A model generated the notes under the pieces. That model searched no databases. It saw only the letters and a program-made list of their open reading frames with translations, and was not told the DNA's origin. Shown here in pieces: positions 13,021 through 26,200 of a stretch of 64,000 bases of DNA. Numbering within the stretch: position 1 is the stretch's first letter; every line of letters begins with the position of its first letter. Source of the DNA: Eledone cirrhosa (lineage: Eukaryota); NCBI GenBank assembly GCA_964016885.1, contig OZ024742.1, forward strand, positions 378,510,001 to 378,574,000, in the 5' to 3' direction. The position numbers were made by a program, and so were the translations under genes.

Positions 13021-14449
13021 CACTGAGCAGTCTATTATATTAATGTTGTGGTCATTTGTAGTCTATTGTAGCACTGAGCAGTCTATTGTATTAGTGTTGT
13101 GGTCATTTGTAGCTCTATTGTAGCACTGAGCAGTCTATTGTATTAATGTTGTGGTCAGTTGTAGTCTATTGTAGCACTGAGCAGTCTATTGTATTAATGT
13201 TGTGGTCATTTGTAGCTCTATTGTAGCACTGAGCAGTCTATTGTATTAATGTTGTGGTCATTTGTAGCTCTATTGTAGCACTGAGCAGTCTATTGTATTA
13301 ATGTTGTGGTCATTTGTAGCTCTATTGTAGCACTGAGCAGTCTATTTTATTAATGTTGTGGTCATTTGTAGTCTATTGTAGCACTGAGCAGTCTATTGTA
13401 TTAATGTTGTGGTCAATTGTAGTCTATTGTAGCACTGAGCAGTCTATTGTATTAATGTTGTGATCATTTGTAGCTCTATTGTAGCACTGAGCAGTCTATT
13501 GTATTAATGTTGTGGTCATTTGTAGCTCTATTGTAGCACTGAGCAGTCTATTGTATTAATGTTGTGGTCAGTTGTAGTCTATTGTAGCACTGAGCAGTCT
13601 ATTGTATTAATGTTGTGGTCATTTGTAGCTCTATTGTAGCACTGAGCAGTCTATTTTATTAATGTTGTGGTCATTTGTAGTCTATTGTAGCACTGAGCAG
13701 TCTATTGTATTAATGTTGTGGTCAATTGTAGTCTATTGTAGCACTGAGCAGTCTATTGTATTAATGTTGTGATCATTTGTAGCTCTATTGTAGCACTGAG
13801 CAGTCTATTGTATTAATGTTGTGGTCATTTGTAGTCTATTGTAGCACTGAGCAGTCTATTATATTAATGTTGTGGTCATTTGTAGTCTATTGTAGCACTG
13901 AGCAGTCTATTGTATTAATGTTGTGGTCAGTTGTAGTCTATTGTAGCACTGAGCAGTCTATTGTATTAATGTTGTGGTCATTTGTAGTCTATTGTAGCAC
14001 TGAGCAGTCTATTGTATTAATGTTGTGGTCATTTGTAGTCTATTGTAGCACTGAGCAGTCTATTGTATTAATGTTGTGATCATTTGTAGCTCTATTGTAG
14101 CACTGAGCAGTCTATTTTATTAATGTTGTGGTCATTTGTAGTCTATTGTAGCACTGAGCAGTCTATTATATTAATGTTGTGGTCATTTGTAGTCTATTGT
14201 AGCACTGAGCAGTCTATTGTATTAATGTTGTGGTCATTTGTAGCTCTATTCTAGCACTGAGCAGTCTATTGTATTAATGTTGTGGTCAATTGTAGTCTAT
14301 TGTAGCACTGAGCAGTCTATTGTATTAATGTTGTGATCATTTGTAGCTCTATTGTAGCACTGAGCAGTCTATTGTATTAATGTTGTGGTCAGTTGTAGTG
14401 TATTGTAGCACTGAGCAGTCTATTGTATTAATGTTGTGGTCATTTGTAG

Positions 14450-17400
14450 CTCTATTGTAGCACTGAGCATTGTATTGTATTAATGTTGTGGTCATTTGTA
14501 GCTCTATTGTAGCACTGAGCAGTCTATTGTATTAATGTTGTGGTCATTTGTAGTCTATTGTAGCACTGAGCAGTCTATTGTATTAGTGTTGTGGTCATTT
14601 GTAGCTCTATAGTAGCACTGAGCAGTCTATTGTATTAATGTTGTGGTCAGTTGTAGTTTATTGTAGCACTGAGCAGTCTATTGTATTAATGTTGTGGTCA
14701 TTTGTAGCTCTATTGTAGCACTGAGCAGTCTATTTTATTAATGTTGTGGTCATTTGTAGTCTATTGTAGCACTGAGCAGCCTATTGTATTAGTGTTGTGG
14801 TCATTTGTAGCTCAATAGTAGCACTGAGCAGTCTATTGTATTAATGTTGTGGTCATTTGTAGCTCTATTGTAGCACTGAGCATTGTATTGTATTAATGTT
14901 GTGGTCATTTGTAGTCTATTGTAGCACTGAGCAGTCTATTGTATCAATGTTGTGGTCATTTGTAGTCTATTGTAGCACTGAGCAGTCTATTGTATTAATG
15001 GTGTGGTCATTTGTAGTCTATTGTAGCACTGAGCAGTCTATTGTATTAATGTTGTGGTCATTTGTAGCTATATTGTAGCACTGAGCAGTCTATTGTATTA
15101 ATGTTGTGGTCAGTTGTATTCTATTGTAGCACTGAGCAGACTATTGTATTAATGTTGTGGTCATATGTAGTCTATTGTAGCACTGAGCAGTCTATTGTAT
15201 TAGTGTTGTGGTCATTTGTAGTCTATTGTAGCACTGAGCAGTCTATTGTATTAATGCTGTGGTCAGTTATATTCTATTGTAGCACTGAGCAGACTATTGT
15301 ATTAACGTTGTGGTCATTTGTAGTCTATTGTAGCACTGAGCAGTCTATTTTATTAATATTGTGGTCATTTGTAGCTCTATTGTAGCACTGAGCATTGTAT
15401 TGTATTAATGTTGTGGTCATTTGTAGTCTATTGTAGCACTGAGCAGTCTATTGTATTAATGTTGTGGTCAATTGTAGCTCTATTGTAGCACTGAGCAGTC
15501 TATTGTATTAATGTTGTGGTCATTTGTAGTCTATTGTAGCACTGAGCAGTCTATTGTATTAATGTTGTGGTCATTTGTAGTCTATTGTAGCACTGAGCAG
15601 TGTATTGTATTAATGTTGTGGTCATTTGTAGCTCTATTGTAGCACTGAGTAGTGTATTGTATTAATGTTGTGGTCATTTGTAGTCTATTGTAGCACTGAC
15701 CATTCTATTGTATTAATGTTGTGGTCATTTGTAGCTCTATTGTAGCACTGAGCAGTCTATTGTATTAATGTTGTGGTCATTTGTAGCTCTATTGTATCAC
15801 TGAGCAGTCTATTGTATTAATGTTGTGGTCATGTGTAGTCTATTGTAGCACTGAACTGTCTATTGTATTAATGTTGTGGTCATTTGTAGCTCTATAGTAG
15901 CAATGAGCAGTCTATTGTATTAATGTTGTGGTAATTTGTAGTCTATTGTAGCACTGAGCTGTGTATTGTATTAATATTGTGGTCATTTGTAGTCTATTGT
16001 AGCACTGAGCAGTCTATTGTATTAATGTTGTGGTCATTTGTAGTCTATTGTAGCACTGAGCAGTCTATTGTATTAATGTTGTGGTCATTTGTAGCTCTAT
16101 TATAGCACTGAGCAGTCTATTGTATTAATGTTGTGGTCATTTGAAGTCTATTGTAGCGCTGAGCAGTCTATTGTATTAATGTTGTGGTCATTTGTAGTCT
16201 ATTGTAGCACTGAGCAGTCTATTGTATTAATGTTGTGGTCATTTGTAGTCTATTGTAGCACTGAGCATGGTATTGTATTAATGTTGTGGTCATTTGTAGT
16301 CTACTGTAGCACTGAGCAGTCTATTGTATTAATGTTGTGGTCATTTGTAGCTCTATTGTAGCACTGAGCAGTCTATTGTATTAATGTTGTGGTCATTTGT
16401 AGTCTATTGTAGCACTGAGCAGTCTATTGTATTAATGTTGTGGTCAATTGTAGCTCTATTATAGCACTGAGCAGTCTATTGTATTAATGTTGTGGTCATT
16501 TGAAGTCTATTGTAGCGCTGAGCAGTCTATTGTATTAATGTTGTGGTCATTTGTAGTCTATTGTAGCACTGAGCAGTCTATTGTATTAATGTTGTGGTCA
16601 TTTGTAGCTCTATTGTAGCACCGAGCAGTCTATTGTATTAATGTTGTGGTCATTTGTAGCTCTATTGTAGCACTGAGCAGTATATTGTATTAATGTTGTG
16701 ATCATTTGTAGCTCTATTGTAGCACTGAGCAGTCTATTGTATTAATGTTGTGGTCAGTTGTAGTGTATTGTAGCACTGAGCAGTCTATTGTATTAATGTT
16801 GTGGTCATTTGTAGCTCTATTGTAGCACTGAGCAGTCTATTGTATTAATTTTGTGGTCATTTATAGCTCTATTGTAGCACTGAGCATTGTATTGTATTAA
16901 TGTTGTGGTCATTTGTAGCTCTATTGTAGCACTGAGCAGTCTATTGTATTAATGTTGTGGTCATTTGTAGTCTATTGTAGCACTGAGCAGTCTATTGTAT
17001 TAGTGTTGTGGTCATTTGTAGCTCTATAGTAGCACTGAGCAGTCTATTGTATTAATGTTGTGGTCAGTTGTAGTTTATTGTAGCACTGAGCAGTCTATTG
17101 TATTAATGTTGTGGTCATTTGTAGCTCTATTGTAGCACTGAGCAGTCTATTTTATTAATGTTGTGGTCATTTGTAGTCTATTGTAGCACTGAGCAGCCTA
17201 TTGTATTAGTGTTGTGGTCATTTGTAGCTCAATAGTAGCACTGAGCAGTCTATTGTATTAATGTTGTGGTCATTTGTAGCTCTATTGTAGCACTGAGCAT
17301 TGTATTGTATTAATGTTGTGGTCATTTGTAGTCTATTGTAGCACTGAGCAGTCTATTGTATCAATGTTGTGGTCATTTGTAGTCTATTGTAGCACTGAGC

Positions 17401-18870
17401 AGTCTATTGTATTAATGGTGTGGTCATTTGTAGTCTATTGTAGCACTGAGCAGTCTATTGTATTAATGTTGTGGTCATTTGTAGCTATATTGTAGCACTG
17501 AGCAGTCTATTGTATTAATGTTGTGGTCAGTTGTATTCTATTGTAGCACTGAGCAGACTATTGTATTAATGTTGTGGTCATATGTAGTCTATTGTAGCAC
17601 TGAGCAGTCTATTGTATTAGTGTTGTGGTCATTTGTAGTCTATTGTAGCACTGAGCAGTCTATTGTATTAATGCTGTGGTCAGTTATATTCTATTGTAGC
17701 ACTGAGCAGACTATTGTATTAATGTTGTGGTCATTTGTAGTCTATTGTAGCACTGAGCAGTCTATTTTATTAATATTGTGGTCATTTGTAGCTCTATTGT
17801 AGCACTGAGCATTGTATTGTATTAATGTTGTGGTCATTTGTAGTCTATTGTAGCACTGAGCAGTCTATTGTATTAATGTTGTGGTCAATTGTAGCTCTAT
17901 TGTAGCACTGAGCAGTCTATTGTATTAATGTTGTGGTCATTTGTAGTCTATTGTAGCACTGAGCAGTCTATTGTATTAATGTTGTGGTCATTTGTAGTCT
18001 ATTGTAGCACTGAGCAGTGTATTGTATTAATGTTGTGGTCATTTGTAGCTCTATTGTAGCACTGAGTAGTGTATTGTATTAATGTTGTGGTCATTTGTAG
18101 TCTATTGTAGCACTGACCATTCTATTGTATTAATGTTGTGGTCATTTGTAGCTCTATTGTAGCACTGAGCAGTCTATTGTACTAATGTTGTGGTCATTTG
18201 TAGCTCTATTGTATCACTGAGCAGTCTATTGTATTAATGTTGTGGTCATGTGTAGTCAATTGTAGCACTGAGCTGTCTATTGTATTAATGTTGTGGTCAT
18301 TTGTAGCTCTATAGTAGCAATGAGCAGTCTATTGTATTAATGTTGTGGTAATTTGTAGTCTATTGTAGCACTGAGCAGTGTATTGTATTAATATTGTGGT
18401 CATTTGTAGTCTATTGTAGCACTGAGCAGTCTATTGTATTAATGTTGTGGTCATTTGTAGTCTATTGTAGCACTGAGCAGTCTATTGTATTAATGTTGTG
18501 GTCATTTGTAGCTCTATTATAGCACTGAGCAGTCTATTGTATTAATGTTGTGGTCATTTGAAGTCTATTGTAGCGCTGAGCAGTCTATTGTATTAATGTT
18601 GTGGTCATTTGTAGTCTATTGTAGCACTGAGCAGTCTATTGTATTAATGTTGTGGTCATTTGTAGTCTATTGTAGCACTGAGCATGGTATTGTATTAATG
18701 TTGTGGTCATTTGTAGTCTACTGTAGCACTGAGCAGTCTATTGTATTAATGTTGTGGTCATTTGTAGCTCTATTGTAGCACTGAGCAGTCTATTGTATTA
18801 ATGTTGTGGTCATTTGTAGTCTATTGTAGCACTGAGCAGTCTATTGTATTAATGTTGTGGTCAATTGTAG
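14450..18870 (+). repeat. Duplicated ~2-kb block at offset 2417 (47 monomers); also a copy of ~3350-5350
   Basis: ORF-track starts 14896/17313, 15101/17518 and 16128/18545 differ by 2417. Starts 3794/14896 and 3999/15101 differ by 11,102. Confidence 0.88.
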
Positions 18871-21800
18871 CTCTATTGTAGCACTGAGCAGTCTATTGTA
18901 TTAATGTTGTGGTCATTTGTAGTCTATTGTAGCACTGAGCAGTCTATTGTATTAATGTTGTGGTCATTTGTAGTCTATTGTAGCACTGAGCAGTGTATTG
19001 TATTAATGTTGTGGTCATTTGTAGCTCTATTGTAGCACTGAGTAGTGTATTGTATTAATGTTGTGGTCATTTGTAGTCTATTGTAGCACTGACCATTCTA
19101 TTGTATTAATGTTGTGGTCATTTGTAGCTCTATTGTAGCACTGAGCAGTCTATTGTATTAATGTTGTCGTCATTTGTAGCTCTATTGTATCACTGAGCAG
19201 TCTATTGTATTAATGTTGTGGTCATGTGTAGTCTATTGTAGCACTGAGCTGTCTATTGTATTAATGTTGTGGTCATTTGTAGCTCTATAGTAGCAATGAG
19301 CAGTGTATTGTATTAATATTGTGGTCATTTGTAGTCTATTGTAGCACTGAGCAGTCTATTGTATTAATGTTGTGGTCATTTGTAGTCTATTGTAGCACTG
19401 AGCAGTCTATTGTATTAATGTTGTGGTCATTTGTAGCTCTATTATAGCACTGAGCAGTCTATTGTATTAATGTTGTGGTCATTTGAAGTCTATTGTAGCA
19501 CTGAGCAGTCTATTGTATTAATGTTGTGGTCATTTGTAGTCTATTGTAGCACTGAGCAGTCTATTGTATTAATGTTGTGGTCATTTGTAGTCTATTGTAG
19601 CACTGAGCATGGTATTGTATTAATGTTGTGGTCATTTGTAGTCTACTGTAGCACTGAGCAGTCTATTGTATTAATGTTGTGGTCATTTGTAGCTCTATTG
19701 TAGCACTGAGCAGTCTATTGTATTAATGTTGTGGTCATTTGTAGTCTATTGTAGCACTGAGCAGTCTATTGTATTAATGCTGTGGTCAGTTATATTCTAT
19801 TGTAGCACTGAGCAGACTATTGTATTAATGTTGTGGTCATTTGTAGTCTATTGTAGTACTGAGCAGTCTATTTTATTAATGTTGTGGTCATTTGTAGCTC
19901 TATTGTAGCACTGAGCATTGTATTGTATTAATGTTGTGGTCATTTGTAGTCTATTGTAGCACTGAGCAATCTATTGTATTAATGTTGTGGTCATTTGTAG
20001 TACTATTGTAGCACTGAGCAGTCTATTGTATTAATGTTGTGGTCATTTGTAGTCTATTGTAGCACTGAGCAGTCTATTGTATTAATGTTGTGGTCATTTG
20101 TAGTCTATTGTAGCACTGAGCAGTGTATTGTATTAATGTTGTGGTCATTTGTAGCTCTATTGTAGCACTGAGCATTGTATTGTATTAATGTTGTGGTCAT
20201 TTGTAGTCTATTGTAGCACTGAGCAGTCTATTGTATTAATGTTGTGGTCATTTGTAGTTCTATTGTAGCACTGAGCAGTCTATTGTATTAATGTTGTGGT
20301 CATTTGTAGTCTATTGTAGCACTGAGCAGTCTATTGTATTAATGTTGTGGTCATTTGTAGTCTATTGTAGCACTGAGCAGTGTATTGTATTAATATTGTG
20401 GTCATTTGTAGTCTATTGTAGCACTGAGCAGTCTATTTTATTAATGTTGTGGTCATTTGTAGTCTATTGTAGCACTGAGCAGTCTATTGAATTAATGTTG
20501 TGGTCATTTGTAGCTCTATTGTAGCACTGAGCAGTCTATTGTATTAATGTTGTGGTCATTTGTAGTCTATTGTAGCACTGAGCAGTCTGTTGTATTAATG
20601 TTGTGGTCATTTGTAGCTCTATTGTAGCACTGAGCAGTCTATTGTATTAATGTTGTGGTCATTTGTAGTCTATTGTAGCACTGAGCAGTCTGTTGTATTA
20701 ATGTTGTGGTCATTTGTAGCTTTATTGTAGAACTGAGCACTCTATTGTATTAATGTTGTGGTCATTTGCAGCTCTATTATAGCACTGAGCCGTGTATTGT
20801 AATAGTGTTGTGGTCATTTGTAGCTCTATTGTAGCACTGAGCAATCTATTGTATTAATGTTGTGGTCAGTTGTATTCTATTGTAGCACTGAGCAGACTAT
20901 TGTATTAATGTTGTGGTCATTTGTAGTATATTGTAGTTCTGAGCAGTCTATTGTATTGATGCTGTGGTCATTTGTAGTCTATTGTAGCACTGAGCAGTCT
21001 ATTGTATTAATGTTTTGGTCATTTGTAGTCTATTGTAGCACTGAGCAGTCTATTGTATTGATGTTGTGGTCATCCGTAGTCTATTGTAACACTGAGCAGT
21101 CTATTGTATTAATGTTGTGGTTATTTGTAGCTCTATTGTAGCACTGAGCAGTCTATTATATTAATGTTGTGGTCATTTGTAGTCTATTGAAGCACTGAGC
21201 AGTCTATTGTATTAATGTTGTGGTCAGTTGTAGTCTATTGTAGCACTGAGCAGTCTATTGTATTAATGTTGTGGTCATTTGTAGCTCTATTGTAGCACTG
21301 AGCAGTCTATTGTATTAATGTTGTGGTCATTTGTAGCTCTATTTTAGCACCGAGCAGTCTATTGTATTAATGTTGTGGTCATTTGTAGTCTATTGTAGCA
21401 CTGAGCAGTATATTGTATTAGTGTTGTGGTCATTTGTAGCTCTATAGTAGCACTGAGCAGTCTATTGTATTAATGTTGTGTTCAGTTGTAGTCTATTGTA
21501 GCACTGAGCAGTCTATTGTATTAATGTTGTGGTCATTTGTAGCTCTATTGTAGCACTGAGCAGTCTGTTGTATTAATGTTGTGGTCATTTGTAGTCTATT
21601 GTAGCACTGAGCAGTCTATTGTATTAGTGTTGTGGTCATTTGTAGCTCTATAGTAGCACTGAGCAGTCTATTGTATTAATGTTGTGGTCATTTGTAGCTC
21701 TATTGTAGCACTGAGCATTGTATTGTATTAATGTTGTGGTCATTTGTTGTCTATTGTAGCACTGAGCAGTCTATTGTATTAATGTTGTGGTCATTTGTAG

Positions 21801-22620
21801 TCTATTGTAGAACTGAGCAGTCTATTGTATTAATGTTGTGGTCATTCGTAGTCTATTGTAGCACTGAGCAGTCTATTGTATTAATGTTGTGGTCATTTGT
21901 AGTCTATTGTAGCACTGAACAGTCTATTGTATTAATGTTGTGGTCATTTGTAGCTCTATTGTAGCACTGAGCAGTCTATTATATTAATGTTGTGGTCGTT
22001 TGTAGTCTATTGTAGCACTGAGCAGTCTATTGTATTAGTGTTGTGGTCATTTGTAGCTCTATTGTAGCACTGAGCAGTCTATTGTATTAATGTTGTGGTC
22101 AGTTGTAGTGTATTGTAGCACTGAGCAGTCTATTGTATTAATGTTGTGGTCATTTGTAGCTCTATTGTAGCACTGAGCAGTCTATTGTATTAATTTTGTG
22201 GTCATTTGTAGCTCTATTGTAGCACTGAGCAGTCTATTGTATTAATGTTGTGGTCATTTGTAGTCTATTGTAGCACTGAGCAGTCTATTGTATTAATGTT
22301 GTGGTCATTTGTAGCTCTATTGTAGCACTGAGCAGTCTATTGTATTAATGTTGTGGTCATTTGTAGCTCTATTGTAGCACTGAGCAGTGTATTGTATGAA
22401 TGTTGTGGTCATTTGTAGTCTATTGTAGCACTGAGCAGTCTATTGTATTAGTGTTGTGGTCATTTGTAGCTCTATAGTAGCACTGAGCAGTCTATTGTAT
22501 TAATGTTGTGGTCAGTTGTAGTCTATTGTAGCACTGAGCAGTCTATTGTATTAATGTTGTGGTCATTTATAGCTCTATTGTAGCACTGAGCAGTCTATTG
22601 TATTAATGTTGTGGTCATTT
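16680..22620 (+). repeat. Segmental copy of ~3160-8740 at offsets 13,519, 13,468 and 13,881 (whole-monomer indels between copies)
   Basis: Shared ordered rare variants include TGTGATC (3181/16700) and GTATGAAT (8517/22398). Matching ORF pairs are 6002/19470, 6258/19726, 7389/20857 and 7850/21731. Confidence 0.88.
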
Positions 22621-23269
22621 GCAGTCTATTGTAGCACTGAGCAGTCTATTGTATTAGTGTTGTGGTCATTTGTAGCTCAATAGTAGCACTGAGCAGTCTA
22701 TTGTATTAATGTTGTGGTCATTTGTAGCTCTATTGTAGCACTGAGCATTGTATTGTATTAATGTTGTGGTCATTTGTAGTCTATTGTAGCACTGAGCAGT
22801 CTATTGTATTAATTTTGTGGTCATTTGTAGTCTACTGTAGCACTGAGCAGTCTATTGTATTAATGGTGTGGTCATTTGTAGTCTATTGTAGCACTGAGCA
22901 GTCTATTGTATTAATGTTGTGGTCATTTGTAGCTATATTGTAGCACTGAGCAGTCTATTGTATTAAGGTTGTGGTCAGTTGTATTCTATTGTAGCACTGA
23001 GCAGACTATTGTATTAATGTTGTGGTCATATGTAGTCTATTGTAGCACTGAGCAGTCTATTGTATTAGTGTTGTGGTCATTTGTAGTCTATTGTAGCACT
23101 GAGCAGTCTATTGTATTAATGCTGTGGTCAGTTATATTCTATTGTAGCACTGAGCAGACTATTGTATTAATGTTGTGGTCATTTGTAGTCTATTGTAGCA
23201 CTGAGCAGTCTATTTTATTAATATTGTGGTCATTTGTAGCTCTATTGTAGCACTGAGCATTGTATTGTA

Positions 23270-26200
23270 TTAATGTTGTGGTCATTTCTAGTCTATTGTA
23301 GCACTGAGCTGTCTATTGTATTAATGTTGTGGTCAATTGTAGCTCTATTGTAGCACTGAGCAGTCTATTGTATTAATGTTGTGGTCATTTGTAGTCTATT
23401 GTAGCACTGAGCAGTGTATTGTATTAATGTTGTGGTCATTTGTAGCTCTATTGTAGCACTGAGTAGTGTATTGTATTAATGTTGTGGTCATTTGTAGTCT
23501 ATTGTAGCACTGACCATTCTATTGTATTAATGTTGTGGTCATTTGTAGCTCTATTGTAGCACTGAGCAGTCTATTGTATTAATGTTGTCGTCATTTGTAG
23601 CTCTATTGTATCACTGAGCAGTCTATTGTATTAATGTTGTGGTCATGTGTAGTCTATTGTAGCACTGAGCTGTCTATTGTATTAATGTTGTGGTCATTTG
23701 TAGCTCTATAGTAGCAATGAGCAGTCTATTGTATTAATGTTGTGGTAATTTGTAGACTATTGTAGCACTGAGCAGTGTATTGTATTAATATTGTGGTCAT
23801 TTGTAGTCTATTGTAGCACTGAGCAGTCTATTGTATTAATGTTGTGGTCATTTGTAACTCTATTATAGCACTGAGCAGTCTATTGTATTAATGTTGTGGT
23901 CATTTGAAGTCTATTGTAGCACTGAGCAGTCTATTGTATTAATGTTGTGGTCATTTGTAGTCTATTGTAGCACTGAGCAGTCTATTGTATTAATGTTGTG
24001 GTCATTTGTAGTCTATTGTAGCACTGAGCATGGTATTGTATTAATGTTGTGGTCATTTGTAGTCTACTGTAGCACTGAGCAGTCTATTGTATTAATGTTG
24101 TGGTCATTTGTAGTTCTATTGTAGCACTGAGCATTGTATTGTATTAATGTTGTGGTCATTTGTAGTCTATTGTAGCACTGAGCAGTCTATTGTATTAATG
24201 TTGTGGTCATTTGTAGCTCTATTGTAGCACTGAGCAGTCTATTGTATTAATGTTGTGGTCATTTGTAGCTCTATTGTAGCACTGAGCATTGTATTGTATT
24301 AATGTTGTGGTCATTTGTAGTCTATTGTAGCACTGAGCAGTCTGTTGTATTAATGTTGTGGTCATTTGTAGCTTTATTGTAGAACTGAGCACTCTATTGT
24401 ATTAATGTTGTGGTCATTTGCAGCTCTATTGTAGCACTGAGCCGTGTATTGTAATAGTGTTGTGGTCATTTGTAGCTCTATTGTAGCACTGAGCAATCTA
24501 TTGTATTAATGTTGTGGTCAGTTGTATTCTATTGTAGCACTGAGCAGACTATTGTATTAATGTTGTGGTCATTTGTAGTATATTGTAGTTCTGAGCAGTC
24601 TATTGTATTGATGTTGTGGTCATTTGTAGTCTATTGTAGCACTGAGCAGTCTATTGTATTAATGTTTTGGTCATTTGTAGTCTATTGTAGCACTGAGCAG
24701 TCTATTGTATTGATGTTGTGGTCATCCGTAGTCTATTGTAACACTGAGCAGTCTATTGTATTAATGTTGTGGTTATTTGTAGCTCTATTGTAGCACTGAG
24801 CAGTCTATTATATTAATGTTGTGGTCATTTGTAGTCTATTGTAGCACTGAGCAGTCTATTGTATTAGTGTTGCGGTCATTTGTAGCTCTATTGTAGCACT
24901 GAGCAGTCTATTGTATTAATGTTGTGGTCACTTGTAGTCTATTGTAGCACTGAGCAGTCTATTGTATTAATGTTGTGGTCATTTGTAGCTCTATTGTAGC
25001 ACTGAGCAGTCTATTGTATTAATGTTGTGGTCATTTGTAGCTCTATTGTAGCACTGAGCAGTCTATTGTATTAATGTTGTGGTCATGTGTAGCTCTATTG
25101 TAGCACCGAGCAGTCTATTGTATTAATGTTGTGGTCATTTGTAGTCTATTGTAGCACTGAGCAGTATATTGTATTAGTGTTGTGGTTATTTGTAGCTCTA
25201 TAGTAGCACTGAGCAGTCTATTGTATTAATGTTGTGGTCAGTTGTAGTCTATTGTAGCACTGAGCAGTCTATTGTATTAATGTTGTGGTCATTTGTAGCT
25301 CTATTGTAGCACTGAGCAGTCTATTGTATTAATGTTGTGGTCATTTGTAGTCTATTGTAGCACTGAGCAGTCTATTGTATTAGTGTTGTGGTCATTTGTA
25401 GCTCTATAGTAGCACTGAGCAGTCTATTGTATTAATGTTGTGGTCATTTGTAGCTCTATTGTAGCACTGAGCAGTCTATTGTATTAATGTTGTGGTCATT
25501 TGTAGCTCTATTGTAGCACTGAGCAGTCTATTGTATTAATTTTGTGGTCATTTGTAGCTCTATTGTAGCACTGAGCATTGTATTGTATTAATGTTGTGGT
25601 CATTTGTAGTCTATTGTAGCACTGAGCAGTCTATTGTATTAATGTTGTGGTCATTTGTAGCTCTATTGTAGCACTGAGCAGTCTATTGTATTAATGTTGT
25701 GGTCATTTGTAGCTCTATTGTAGCACTGAGCATTGTATTGTATTAATGTTGTGGTCATTTGTAGTCTATTGTAGCACTGAGCAGTCTATTGTATTAATGT
25801 TGTGGTCATTTGTAGCTCTATTGTAGCACTGAGCAGTCTATTGTATTAATGTTGTGGTCATTTGTAGTCTATTGTAGCACTGAGCAGTCTATTGTATTAG
25901 TGTTGTGGTCATTTGTAGCTCTATTGTAGCACTGAGCAGTCTATTGTATTAATGTTGTGGTCATTTGTAGTCTATTGTAGCACTAAGCAGTCTATTGTAT
26001 TAGTGTTGTGGTCATTTGTAGCTCAATAGTAGCACTGAGCAGTCTATTGTATTAATGTTGTGGTCATTTGTAGCTCTATTGTAGCACTGAGCATTGTATT
26101 GTATTAATGTTGTGGTCATTTGTAGCCTATTGTAGCACTGAGCAGTCTATTGTATTAATGTTGTGGTCATTTGTAGTCTATTGTAGCACTGAGCAGTCTG

